From: a virus
Length of the DNA stretch: 64,000 bases
IMG/VR virus record: IMGVR_UViG_3300025000_000007
Span: 9,430 to 73,429 of that record
Direction: 5' to 3' (one strand)
A program made the position numbers and the translations under genes. Positions within the stretch are counted from its first letter, which is position 1; every line of letters starts with the position of its first letter. Shown piece by piece: positions 18,948 through 28,908 of the stretch. The notes under the pieces are model-generated. The model did no database searches. It saw only the letters and a program-made list of their open reading frames with translations, and had not been told where the DNA came from.

Positions 18948-19622
18948 TCATACCCCCACCGCCAGGATCTTCTTAATCTCATCCATGTCAGAGCCAACTC
19001 TACAATGGGCATTGATATCATGCAGGAGAATTACCCCAGGCTTCAAACCCGCTTGAAATGCAACATATTCCAACAGGTAAGCGTATCCCCTCAGATCATT
19101 TTTCATGGCAATAGCCATCTCATTAGACCTGCCGAGAATCGTTAAATTAACATAGTCATTATCTTCGTCTTCTTCGGTGTCCCATACCAAAGTGACCATA
19201 CATGGAACTTCATTCTTCCCGTAATGTTTTGTCTTAAAAAGAGGATTTACAATTCTACGGCTTTTAGGTGACTCCTTCAGTTTTCTAATAGTCTCATCTA
19301 ATCCACCATCTTCATGGAGTTCCTGACCGTATGTATATTCAGGGTCCTGTACATCCAGACCGGCATTTTCCCCAAAACAAACAGGGTTTCCAGTTATCAG
19401 GTTTTTACCAAAAGCGAAACCACATATAAAACTAAGCAATTCTTCTGAATCTTCGCAACAGTAACATGGAATTACTATAATAACATGTTTATAATATTGA
19501 ACCGTTTCTCCACGTTCATCTTTTCCGCGTTTTCCTTTATTCATGATTAATTTGACTGTTCTATACGTGGCTTCTCTTATTGATTTACAGACTAATGTTT
19601 GGGGGATTATAGGAGGTGTCAT
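18948..19622 (-). CDS. Thymidylate synthase / dCMP hydroxymethylase family protein
   Basis: YTYG, SRR, PC catalytic Cys, RSNEMAIAMKND, NAH motifs; start MTPPII after GGAGGGG. Confidence 0.8.
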   Translation of the reverse strand: MTPPIIPQTLVCKSIREATYRTVKLIMNKGKRGKDERGETVQYYKHVIIVIPCYCCEDSEELLSFICGFAFGKNLITGNPVCFGENAGLDVQDPEYTYGQELHEDGGLDETIRKLKESPKSRRIVNPLFKTKHYGKNEVPCMVTLVWDTEEDEDNDYVNLTILGRSNEMAIAMKNDLRGYAYLLEYVAFQAGLKPGVILLHDINAHCRVGSDMDEIKKILAVGV

Positions 19623-19746
19623 AATTTCCCCTCCAACTGCCTGAACATCCCACAACACGAACAATCCGGCTGATGAGTACAATTATAACTATCACTTTTA
19701 TATATTGTGCATTTTTTATTTCCTTTCGGGGAAAAGGGGCACTGGC

Positions 19747-20283
19747 TCATAATAACCCCTCCGGAATTCTTGAAACGATTTCCTCATGTATCTCTTCAAC
19801 GGTCTTCCCGTCTACGAATATCCCCTCATATTCCCTTGAAATACCTTCAATTATAAACAGCTTACTTACTTTCTCTTGATACTCTTTTTTCCCGTATATG
19901 TCAGAATCCTGTCCGTATGGGGCCCCACAAAACACAAGTGTGAAATCTGGTTCAGGAAGCAATGCAGCGTTTTCTCTTACCCATTCTTCATCGAGTCCAT
20001 CAGCCAACCCATAAACAATCGCAGATAATTTAAAACGATCAAAAATATAATTTTCATTTGGGTTCAATCGTCTGATAGTTTCCGTCTTGTTGCTGTCCTG
20101 CAATGCTTGAAACGAAACCGGTTCAAACGGCAATTCTTTATTCAATATCTGCCTTATTATCTTTCCCGAGTATAATTCCTCGTTCGGAAATTTAACATAA
20201 GTCCATCCAAACCTTTCAGCTAAAAGTTTAGCGTGTGTTGTCTTCCCTACACGATCCTTTCCGCAGAGTGCTATTATTTTCAT
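19747..20283 (-). CDS. Thymidylate-kinase-family dNMP kinase
   Basis: GKDRVGKTT P-loop, KFP, IFDRFKLSAIVYG, LPEPDFT. Confidence 0.88.
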   Translation of the reverse strand: MKIIALCGKDRVGKTTHAKLLAERFGWTYVKFPNEELYSGKIIRQILNKELPFEPVSFQALQDSNKTETIRRLNPNENYIFDRFKLSAIVYGLADGLDEEWVRENAALLPEPDFTLVFCGAPYGQDSDIYGKKEYQEKVSKLFIIEGISREYEGIFVDGKTVEEIHEEIVSRIPEGLL

Positions 20284-20365
20284 TTTGTTTGTCGCTCCTT
20301 TAGTTTTTCTTAAAAATTAGTATTCTTCAGGATGTTCTTTTATATTGATAATCGACTGCCATCAT

Positions 20366-20950
20366 TTACACCTTCACGAATAATTCACAGTGGCACATAT
20401 CTTCCAGCTCCGCAGTCTTGGCCTGCTGCACCCATCCAGGACACGGGCAGAATGTATGATATTTTCCATCACTCGGAACGGTGCAAGGACATGGAGTATT
20501 CCCTTTCTCAGTCTCGATTACGCCCATATACAGAAGAGTACCAAGCAGCTCGGGGTCTTCAATATTGAGTTTGCATCCTAACTTCCCCGCTACAAATAAT
20601 AGATGCTTGAGTGGGATCTCCTGCGGGTTCCATGTGAAAACTGTTACATCGTCATTTGTTGAGATGTCTTGAATGACTCTATAAAATGATTCACTCGTTT
20701 CAGTATTATTTATTTTAATAAATACATGAGGGAATGATTTCTTAACCTTTTGAACTTTCATGGCTTCATCATTTGACAGATACCGGACGGTATTATTTTT
20801 GATTCCGCTTTTTTCTTTTCCATAAAATTCAGGGCGACTTTTAAATGAGAGTGTGTTATCGTTGACTTCCATCACAACCCCTGCCAGAGTGTCAAAATGA
20901 AAACGATTAACGATACGACAATCACAAAGTATTTTAGCAAATTCACTCAC
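20366..20950 (-). CDS. Fusion of an ASCH-like N-terminal domain and a ferredoxin:thioredoxin reductase catalytic-type domain
   Basis: C-terminal CPC...CPC...CHC.LFV; N-terminal FKSRPEFYGKEKSGIKNNTVR resembles ASCH/PUA. Confidence 0.6.
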   Translation of the reverse strand: MSEFAKILCDCRIVNRFHFDTLAGVVMEVNDNTLSFKSRPEFYGKEKSGIKNNTVRYLSNDEAMKVQKVKKSFPHVFIKINNTETSESFYRVIQDISTNDDVTVFTWNPQEIPLKHLLFVAGKLGCKLNIEDPELLGTLLYMGVIETEKGNTPCPCTVPSDGKYHTFCPCPGWVQQAKTAELEDMCHCELFVKV

Positions 20951-21270
20951 ACGCCCCCAATGACCTTATATTCAGGCATATCACATGGGGCAATTACCCG
21001 GATACCATCTTTATTTTTTATGAACAGTGGTGCGCCCTCATAGGACGGTAATAACATTTCCCCCACTACTAACAAATCTTTTCTAAAAAATCCATACATC
21101 CCGTATCCATTTTTAATAAAACAGTGGTTATCGCATACGGAATGTACCGCGCTTACAATGTCTCGCTTTGAACGGGATGAATCAATACTGTCATGCGTTG
21201 AGAGCATTTCCCAAAATGGCTTTAGGTGGTCTGGCAATTCTGATTCATTTTTGACGGTTATGCAGGACAT
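20947..21270 (-). CDS. Hypothetical protein
   Basis: Translationally coupled ORF. Confidence 0.5.
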   Translation of the reverse strand: MSCITVKNESELPDHLKPFWEMLSTHDSIDSSRSKRDIVSAVHSVCDNHCFIKNGYGMYGFFRKDLLVVGEMLLPSYEGAPLFIKNKDGIRVIAPCDMPEYKVIGGV

Positions 21271-21836
21271 TTAAACCGCCTCTTCCATACACATTCTAAG
21301 AGGTTCAGCGATTAATGCGGAAATATATAGCCCTTCAAAAAAGAGGTTTACATTCTTCGGATAGTGATAATTCTTGATCGCGTTCACGGCTTTCCGGTTA
21401 GCCTGTTTGAGATCACGAACTAACATTATAATCCCTCCTGAATGGAGATTTTAACCTGTTCTAAAATCTCTTTTATGTGTGGGTAATAATATGAACATTT
21501 TTCAGTTTGAAAATCTGCAATCTCATCTAAGAGTGATTCGCTCTCTTGTTTTGTAATTGAAGTTATTTCGATGTCGCTCATGTTTTTATCTCCGTTTCTT
21601 ATATTCCCTTCATTTCTCCGGTTTCGTCATCCAGTTCAACAATTACCATTCCAGGCAATAATTTCTTTTTTATATATTCAATGTGGTTAAATTTTGAGAC
21701 TAACAATTCCATGTAATCCCTGTCTAAGTAGGTTGCGTTTTTTTGGAATATACATATTTCAGTCATTGTTCTTTCCTCTTCTTTTTCATAGTTTCATAAT
21801 TATCAAGAACCCTTGTTAATACATCATTAAAAGAGA

Positions 21837-22322
21837 TTAATTTTCCATTTGTTTAATTTCATTCCGAAGTTTTTTGATTTCCTTATATTGTTTTTTAATT
21901 TCATTTTTGAGTGATGTTATTTCATTCTCCCGCTCATCAAATTCACTAAATACACGCCGTATAGCGGTATTGGGGGACTCATTTGACCTCATGTTTCCAA
22001 GAATCGCAATTCGGTTATATATTTCAGGGGTCACTCTGATTCCTTTATATTTTCCAGCACCGACTAATGTTGTATCCCGCTTGCACCAAATCGGATTATC
22101 CAACTCACTTATTATAACATCTTGACATGCTAACCACTCGAATGCAACTTTATTTACATTTCTCATTCCATGTTTGGTTTTATGGTTGTGGTATACACTT
22201 CTGTGAATATCACGTGGGATGTATATTCCGATTCTGTCATCGGGTTCGATATGTAAATGATGAAACTCATATCCTCTTACCCATGAGTTCAACGGTAGCT
22301 CATTTCTATATGGTGTATCCAT
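21837..22322 (-). CDS. HNH-like His-rich domain plus RHH/coiled-coil; paralog of 63072..63572
   Basis: FHHLH...IGIYIPRDIHRSVYH...GMRNVNK.A..WL. Confidence 0.6.
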   Translation of the reverse strand: MDTPYRNELPLNSWVRGYEFHHLHIEPDDRIGIYIPRDIHRSVYHNHKTKHGMRNVNKVAFEWLACQDVIISELDNPIWCKRDTTLVGAGKYKGIRVTPEIYNRIAILGNMRSNESPNTAIRRVFSEFDERENEITSLKNEIKKQYKEIKKLRNEIKQMEN

Positions 22323-22347
22323 TGTTCTCCTAAAAAACTTAATATTA

Positions 22348-22491
22348 TTACTTTTGCTTTTTTAAATCTCTCTTCTTTACCGCGCCAGTTGACACTAAAA
22401 TAAAATCATGCCATCCCAATCCAGACGCATTTTTTAACGGCTCTAGTTTTGCCTGTTCTTCATCATTAAAAAACACATTTATGTTTAACAT
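22348..22491 (-). CDS. Small RHH-like regulator (47 aa)
   Basis: Own translation MLNINVFFNDEEQAKLEPLKNASGLGWHDFILV. Confidence 0.6.
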   Translation of the reverse strand: MLNINVFFNDEEQAKLEPLKNASGLGWHDFILVSTGAVKKRDLKKQK

Positions 22492-22529
22492 ATTTCAATC
22501 CTCATGTACTCTACTATACGCCGATGTTA

Positions 22530-22588
22530 TATTTATAGTTAACTAACTTAGCTACTAAGTTATAAACTAAGTTAGTTAACTATAAATA
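22530..22588. promoter_or_regulatory. Perfect 22-bp inverted repeat forming back-to-back promoters
   Basis: TATTTATAGTTAACTAACTTAG (22530-22551) and CTAAGTTAGTTAACTATAAATA (22567-22588), between divergent operons. Confidence 0.8.
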
Positions 22589-22623
22589 CTTTGAATACCT
22601 AGTATTAGTATAGAAAAAACGGG

Positions 22624-24151
22624 ATGTTCTTTCCTAAAAAAACAATCAAAAAGGTGAATATGATGAGCGACAAAGAATTTAGGATACTGAAATCAAATGC
22701 CTGTACAAAAGTCGGCAGGCCACAAACTAAAATAGAATTGCCAACCCCTGTAAGTTTCTCTCAGTGGTTTCTCTCAGGTGTCCGTAAGTATCAAAAGAAA
22801 GGTGCAGTTTTTGACCTTTCAAATAATGGAATTGTAAAAATAATCTGGCCGGGGAAACCTGCTATACTCAGAACAGTTGCAGACTTTGAAAGAGAATACG
22901 CTGAATACTGTTCTAAATTTACTCCAATTTGTACTATACCGTTTGAAGAAAACGCGGGGGTGATGGCGTGAATCGCCTAGAATACCTCTCAATTTTATTT
23001 CCTCACATGGTATCAAGCGTGAGAGCAGCACGGTATCACATGAGAGTCAAAAACAAGAGGGGAGTGTTTTAAATGCTCTCCTCATACCGTAAAAATAAAC
23101 TGTTTATATTCACTCAGTGGGGAACATTCTTTTCCTATCAAAAGAGGAACGGTAGGGCGAAGGTGAGAGTGTGACGAAATTAGAAATACCACTCACCCCT
23201 GAACAGGAAGAAACCCTCCTGCTCGGTATGATTCAAGCGGAAACCCTCTTCATGGATATCTCATTCCCTGAATACCCATCTCCCATCACCGCGTTAGATT
23301 TGATGTTCAGGGATGCAATGAAGATGGAATCAGATATCAGAAAAGCGGTTCCGGGGGATATACCCCGGATAAGAGAGTTTTTCGATACATTGAAACTAAT
23401 CGAGGAGGGTTCTGCAAAATGAAAAGAACATTTGAATTGCTACTCTCCCTTATACAAAAAAGAAGATTATTCATTGAGGGTCAAACAGGAAGGCCACTCT
23501 TAAAAAAAGATGTGAAAAGTTCACCTGTTAAAAAGATTAAACTTGCTAAAAAGAAGGATATTCCGGGCATCGTTGACCATCCAGCGTGGCGCGCAATGTT
23601 ACTAAGTGGAGATGCATTTTTCGCGGAGCGTGCTGTTTAATGTCTCGTTGTTGTCAAGATGCCCCTAAAAAAATGTTAAAACTCCTTGACAGCAAAGACA
23701 GGATACTCGACCGGTTACAAATTGAAAAAAACGTTAAACGTCGAGAGAAACTTGAAAATAAATTAAAATGGATTAATAGATCAATACTTAAATATAACAG
23801 GAGAAATTAAAAATGAAAATCAAATACACAACCGAACACGATATAATAGCAGATCTTGAAACACAACTTCTATCACTCGATGAACAAGCGGAAACCATTG
23901 AATCTCAGAAGAGGCATATTGAGAACGATCTCAGAATGCAGATAGAAATCAAAGCCGAAGATAAAGCTTCTGGACTCTCAAACGAGAAAAAGAGACAGAT
24001 AGCATATGAAGAACTTGCTGATTGTAACGAGGAATTACAGGAATTTATCTCTGAACTCAGAGATATAAGGCACGAACAGCGGTTTATTAAGATCGAGCTT
24101 GGAAATGAGGGAAGAGCATACGCGCTTAAGGTAGCTGGAGCATCTAATTAA
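22624..24151 (+). CDS. Run of small hypothetical ORFs (22624..22971, 23171..23422, 23419..23640, 23813..24151 coiled-coil)
   Basis: Co-oriented, coupled ORFs. Confidence 0.5.
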
Positions 24152-24202
24152 CTATTAAACCCGTTTATCATTTTTTAAAAACCAAAATGGAGCGATACCA
24201 AA

Positions 24203-25609
24203 ATGTCAAATATGGATTTATTAAACGATTCTAAAATGAAAATTCTCCTCGGCCTCAGAGGATTTGCTATTGTAAAAATCAATGAAAAATCAGCACAGTG
24301 GAGAATAAACAGTGAGGACATTCTTGATATTGATGTTTCCTTCCCTCCTACACTATGGGAAGCAAAACATAAAGGGAAAGTCGTTGACTGGTCTTCTGGA
24401 ATTGGGATTCCTGCGAATATCAAGGGTATGATTGAAACACTTGTTGAGGACTATAAGACGGCTTTAAAAAACATAGGGATCGAAGGAGAACCGCAGGAAA
24501 GCCCTGCTGAAGTAGTCCCTATGGAATTCCCAAAAGAGGAAGTAATTGACGCGCAGACTGGCGCAGAAGAAGCCGATAAAATGGCTCAGCTCGAAGCTAT
24601 AATGAACGGTGAAATTGAAGCACCCACCGGCATAAATAAAAACAATGTACCTGAAACTGTAAATGCTACAATCGAACCACCAAAGAAGAATGAATGGACA
24701 CAAGGTGGATATAAAGCAAAAGTTCAGAAAATCGGTTTCGCAGAAGTTACACCAGTTAGACCCGGGACTCAGATAAGACCAAGTAGGACACTCCGAGGAC
24801 TTACGCCCAGGCTTGCAGAATGCGGCAAGATCAAGATAGGAAGGAAGGGAGAAACTAAAACCTCATCGAAGGGGAACCAGTTCAGATCCCCAGAAAAGCT
24901 GGATCATTTCGTAATTACAACAATGGACAAAGAAAATGATGATTTCGTGCAAGACGAAGCATTAATGACAAAACTAGGGAGATGGGATACATTTGGAGGT
25001 TACCATTGCAGAGAGATCCCTGTAAGGCTTCCTTATGATGATCCTTCGCTTAACTTCCCGACATCATACGCTTACTATGATAGTGCGGCGTGTAAGTGCA
25101 GAGGGGACGGATTCATTGCATTAACCGCCGAAGGGGAAACTGTAGAATGTAATCCAGAAACCTGCCCAAATGTAAAAGATAAGAGATGTAAGCCCAATGG
25201 AGTCTTATCTCTCATACTGGATGATGCCCCTAGAGTCGGGGGAGTCTATAAATTCAGGACAACCGGCTGGAATTCCATAAACAATATATTTTCATCTATG
25301 GAGTTCATTAGAGGTCTTACAAACGGACTTCTTGCGGGGCTGCCCCTGATGCTTACACTTACCCCTAAACATACGGTAATCCCTGGCACAAAGACCAGTA
25401 CCACCATTTACATGGTCAACCTTGAGTACCGGGGATCTTTACAGGAAATGGTCGCAGCGATCCAACAGACCATGAGTACACGTGCACTTATGCAGTATTC
25501 AGTAAGGGATTTTGAGAAACTCGCTGAAGAAGCACTGGCATTGCCAGAAGCACCAGAGGAATGTAAAGAGGTTGCAGAAGAGTTTTATCCTGAGTCAGTG
25601 AAAATTTAA
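24203..25609 (+). CDS. phiC31 gp3-like (recombination directionality factor-like) domain protein
   Basis: RLAECGKIKIGRKG...PEKLDHF...CKCRGDG...C...C...CKP...GVYKFRTTGWNS. Confidence 0.65.
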   Translation: MSNMDLLNDSKMKILLGLRGFAIVKINEKSAQWRINSEDILDIDVSFPPTLWEAKHKGKVVDWSSGIGIPANIKGMIETLVEDYKTALKNIGIEGEPQESPAEVVPMEFPKEEVIDAQTGAEEADKMAQLEAIMNGEIEAPTGINKNNVPETVNATIEPPKKNEWTQGGYKAKVQKIGFAEVTPVRPGTQIRPSRTLRGLTPRLAECGKIKIGRKGETKTSSKGNQFRSPEKLDHFVITTMDKENDDFVQDEALMTKLGRWDTFGGYHCREIPVRLPYDDPSLNFPTSYAYYDSAACKCRGDGFIALTAEGETVECNPETCPNVKDKRCKPNGVLSLILDDAPRVGGVYKFRTTGWNSINNIFSSMEFIRGLTNGLLAGLPLMLTLTPKHTVIPGTKTSTTIYMVNLEYRGSLQEMVAAIQQTMSTRALMQYSVRDFEKLAEEALALPEAPEECKEVAEEFYPESVKI

Positions 25610-25770
25610 TTCCTTCATCTTTTTTTTAATTAAATAATTACTTTTTTTATACTTTTTTCTTTTTTTGATCAAAGCTTACTGATATTTTTATAATTATACG
25701 CTTTAAATAGTGATATACTGATTATATATGATTAAAACACAACACATATAAATATTATCACTACTAAAAA

Positions 25771-26031
25771 GAGGATTGTTGATGAGGTACAACTCAACAA
25801 CGAGTAGGGTTTTTGCCACACACAAAAGCGGAGTCGCTCCCGCGTGTGGTTGTTCCCTGCTTTTCGTTTTTAAGGAAGAAATACTTAGAGGGTTTATTCG
25901 CTCTTGTTTGTTTTTGTCTGAAGGGGTAGATCTCTGACACGATCCCGTTTTGTAATGGTCAACGTTTTTTAATTCCTGCAAACTCAAGCCCGTTTTTATG
26001 TCTCAGCGAAACATGCTGGCCACTTGAGCAC
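25771..26031. ncRNA. Candidate structured non-coding RNA
   Basis: GC-enriched intergenic tract with several hairpins, TATA-like boxes on both sides. Confidence 0.4.
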
Positions 26032-26098
26032 TTACTAAAATAACATACTAATATATATAGATTTTTAAAAGTGTGCTATATAAAAATATTTTAATAAG

Positions 26099-26557
26099 TT
26101 ATTTCTCCCAAAATCGCCACCATTTTCTTTTTTCACCCTCAATTTGTTTTACTTCTGAACTCCTGAAATACTGCGCAAATACGTTAAGTGTCTCGGCCTC
26201 CCGTGTCAAATCGTTGATGCGCTTATCCTTTTCTTCTAGGAGAGCTTGCATACCTTCCAGGCGTGCCGCAACTTCCGAAGAGTGAGGTAATTTTTTTATC
26301 TCATTTTGTAATTCTTCAATTTTAGCGTAATTCTCGCGTAATTCGGCCTGTACTTTTTGTATTTCATTTTCGTATTCCTGTATTACGTTTTCTTCAGGAG
26401 GGCTTTCTTGATGCGTATTACCTAGTATTATTTCTAGTCCCTGCGTAATACAATCCGTCTTGTCTTTAAATTTGTTAGAGTTTACAGCTTCTAATAGTTT
26501 ATCATGCAATGGCTTTGGAATTTTTGCGTTTACCGGGATGCGTATTTCTATGGACAT
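26099..26557 (-). CDS. RHH plus coiled-coil protein ending KWWRFW
   Basis: VNAKIPKPLHDKL...KTDCI RHH-like start; C-terminal WWRFW typical of plasmid/virus proteins. Confidence 0.6.
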   Translation of the reverse strand: MSIEIRIPVNAKIPKPLHDKLLEAVNSNKFKDKTDCITQGLEIILGNTHQESPPEENVIQEYENEIQKVQAELRENYAKIEELQNEIKKLPHSSEVAARLEGMQALLEEKDKRINDLTREAETLNVFAQYFRSSEVKQIEGEKRKWWRFWEK

Positions 26558-26692
26558 ATTTGAAAATACAGGGGATTGATTATTAATATTTCGGAAAATA
26601 CATTATAAATATATTAATAAAAAATTTACTAAGTAGAAATGTATATATACAATAAGCATTAATTAATACTTAATAAGTAATAGGTAATTGAC

Positions 26693-26860
26693 ATGCAAGA
26701 AGACACAGAAAATGAAACGAAAACAATTAACCTAGACATTAAGCTAAAAAGAAAGATAGAGGAATACAATTTTAAGAACCGAAAAAATAAAATAAATGTT
26801 TCTAAGGTTTGCAGGGATGCGCTTTGGGAAGAATTGAGGAAACGTGGAGTAGAAGAATGA
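26693..26860 (+). CDS. CcdA-like/RHH small protein (55 aa)
   Basis: Own translation ...KTINLDIKLKRKIEEY...KINVSKVCRDALWEEL; ATGA overlap with the next gene. Confidence 0.6.
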   Translation: MQEDTENETKTINLDIKLKRKIEEYNFKNRKNKINVSKVCRDALWEELRKRGVEE

Positions 26861-28896
26861 CAATTAAACATGTTAAACAGGAATTACAAGAAAACTTCAT
26901 TGAAATGACTAAAGAATCTACTCATTTATTTGAAGTAGATTTAGATAAAGACGCACTGTGGGATTTGTATCTCAGTAGTTTTCCAGCCGGTACAAACGAG
27001 ATATTCAGAGAAAGGCGCGAGCATGACTGTAGTGCTTGCAGGCAGTTCATAAAGAGAATAGGTAACGCAGTTATCATAAAAGACAATACCATTCGAACAG
27101 TTTTTGACTTTGAAACTGAAAGTTTTGAGTATAAACCTGTAATGAAGGCACTATCAGATTTTGTCAGATCGAAAGTGGTTTATAATATTTGGGTGAGTAA
27201 ATTTTCAAAAATCGGAATTGATAAGAATTACGAGCAGACAGAAGGGAAAATAATTGAATGGGAACACTTCTTCCTGGAATTGCCAAGTAAATACGTGAAT
27301 AAATCGGGTAAATCTGAAGGAGATGTAAAAGGAGATTTTAGGGCAACAAAAGAAGTATTCAAAAGATCACTGGAAGAAATTACAGAAGATAGTCTTCTAA
27401 CCATCATTGAATTAATAGCGTCCAACACTCTTTATAAAGGGGAAGAATGGAAAGGAGTGCTTTCTGAATTCCTCAAATATAAAAAAGCATATGCTAAGTT
27501 AGATTCCGAAACAGAAAAAAATAATTTTACATGGGAGCAGTCCGTAAAAGCCGGGGCAGTGATCGGAAGAATCAGGAATCATAGTATTGGCGTTCTTCTC
27601 GTTGATATCAGCGGGGGCATGGATTTAGACGAGGCTGTCAGGAGATATGAAAATATTGTAGCCCCTACCAATTATAAGAGACCGAAAGCGATATTCACTA
27701 AGAAGATGCTAGAGGACGCAAAAAAGACGATTGAAGATATGGGATACATCAATTCATTGCCCCGGAGATTTGCAACACTCCACGACATCACAGTTAATAA
27801 TATTCTCTTCTCAAATAAGGATTCAGCAAAGAAAATCAAGGGAAATGTGTTTGAAGAGATGTCAAAAGATGTTGCTGTGAACTCAAAGAAGTTTTCAAAA
27901 ATCGAAGAAATGTCGATTGATAACTTTGTTCAAAATGTTCTTCCAACTGCAAAAGAACTTGAGGTATTATTTGAGAATAGTCATTCTAAAAGTATGGTGT
28001 CTTTGATCGCGCCTGTAAATAAAGATAGTCCTTCAATGTTCAAATGGGATAACGCTTTCAGTTGGGCGTATTCTGGAAATATAACAGATTCCTCCATGAA
28101 AGAAAATGTCAAATCTGCGGGAGGCAACGTTGAAGGAGTTCTGAGGTTTTCTATTCAGTGGAATGATGGAGAGTATAATCCAAACGACTTTGATGCTCAC
28201 TGTATTGAACCAAGGGGAAACGAAATTTTCTATGCAAATAAACGTAATCCCAGAACTACTGGGCAATTAGATGTTGATATTATCAGCCCACAAACAAATA
28301 AACCAGCGGTTGAGAATATAACCTGGACTGATAAATTTAAAATGCAGGAAGGTATTTACAAATTCTTTGTTCGCAATTATAATAATAGAGGAGGGAGAGA
28401 AGGATTTAAAGCAGAAATAGAGTTTGATGGACAAATATATTCATTTGAATATAATAAAGAACTAAGACAGAGTGAAAATGTACAGGTTGCCGAAGTTACT
28501 TTCAATCACAATACAGGCTTTACAATTGTGGAAAACCTACCCTCAAATGTCTCTACAAAAGAAGTATGGAACCTTAAAACGAATCAGTTTGTTCCAGTGT
28601 CGGTAGTCATGTATTCTCCTAATTATTGGGATGAACAAACCGGGATTGGGCACAGGCATTATCTATTCATGTTGAAAGACTGCATTAACCCCGAGCAGCC
28701 GAATGGGTTCTATAACGAGTTCCTGAAAAGAGAACTTGAACAGAATAAAAGAGTATTTGAGGCACTTGGTGGTAAAATGCGAGTGCAGGACACAGATGAT
28801 CAACTATCAGGTATAGGATTCTCATCTACAAAAAGAAACGAAGTTATTGTAAAGGTAAAAGCACAGACTGAAAGAGTAATTAAAGTAAAAATTTAA
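26857..28896 (+). CDS. Large conserved phage protein of unknown function with a YfaP/DUF2135-like domain
   Basis: HDCSAC; FSIQWN...DFDAHCIEP...LDVD...AVENITW; start reassigned to ATG 26857. Confidence 0.7.
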   Translation: MTIKHVKQELQENFIEMTKESTHLFEVDLDKDALWDLYLSSFPAGTNEIFRERREHDCSACRQFIKRIGNAVIIKDNTIRTVFDFETESFEYKPVMKALSDFVRSKVVYNIWVSKFSKIGIDKNYEQTEGKIIEWEHFFLELPSKYVNKSGKSEGDVKGDFRATKEVFKRSLEEITEDSLLTIIELIASNTLYKGEEWKGVLSEFLKYKKAYAKLDSETEKNNFTWEQSVKAGAVIGRIRNHSIGVLLVDISGGMDLDEAVRRYENIVAPTNYKRPKAIFTKKMLEDAKKTIEDMGYINSLPRRFATLHDITVNNILFSNKDSAKKIKGNVFEEMSKDVAVNSKKFSKIEEMSIDNFVQNVLPTAKELEVLFENSHSKSMVSLIAPVNKDSPSMFKWDNAFSWAYSGNITDSSMKENVKSAGGNVEGVLRFSIQWNDGEYNPNDFDAHCIEPRGNEIFYANKRNPRTTGQLDVDIISPQTNKPAVENITWTDKFKMQEGIYKFFVRNYNNRGGREGFKAEIEFDGQIYSFEYNKELRQSENVQVAEVTFNHNTGFTIVENLPSNVSTKEVWNLKTNQFVPVSVVMYSPNYWDEQTGIGHRHYLFMLKDCINPEQPNGFYNEFLKRELEQNKRVFEALGGKMRVQDTDDQLSGIGFSSTKRNEVIVKVKAQTERVIKVKI

Positions 28897-28908
28897 GGAG
28901 ATATAATC

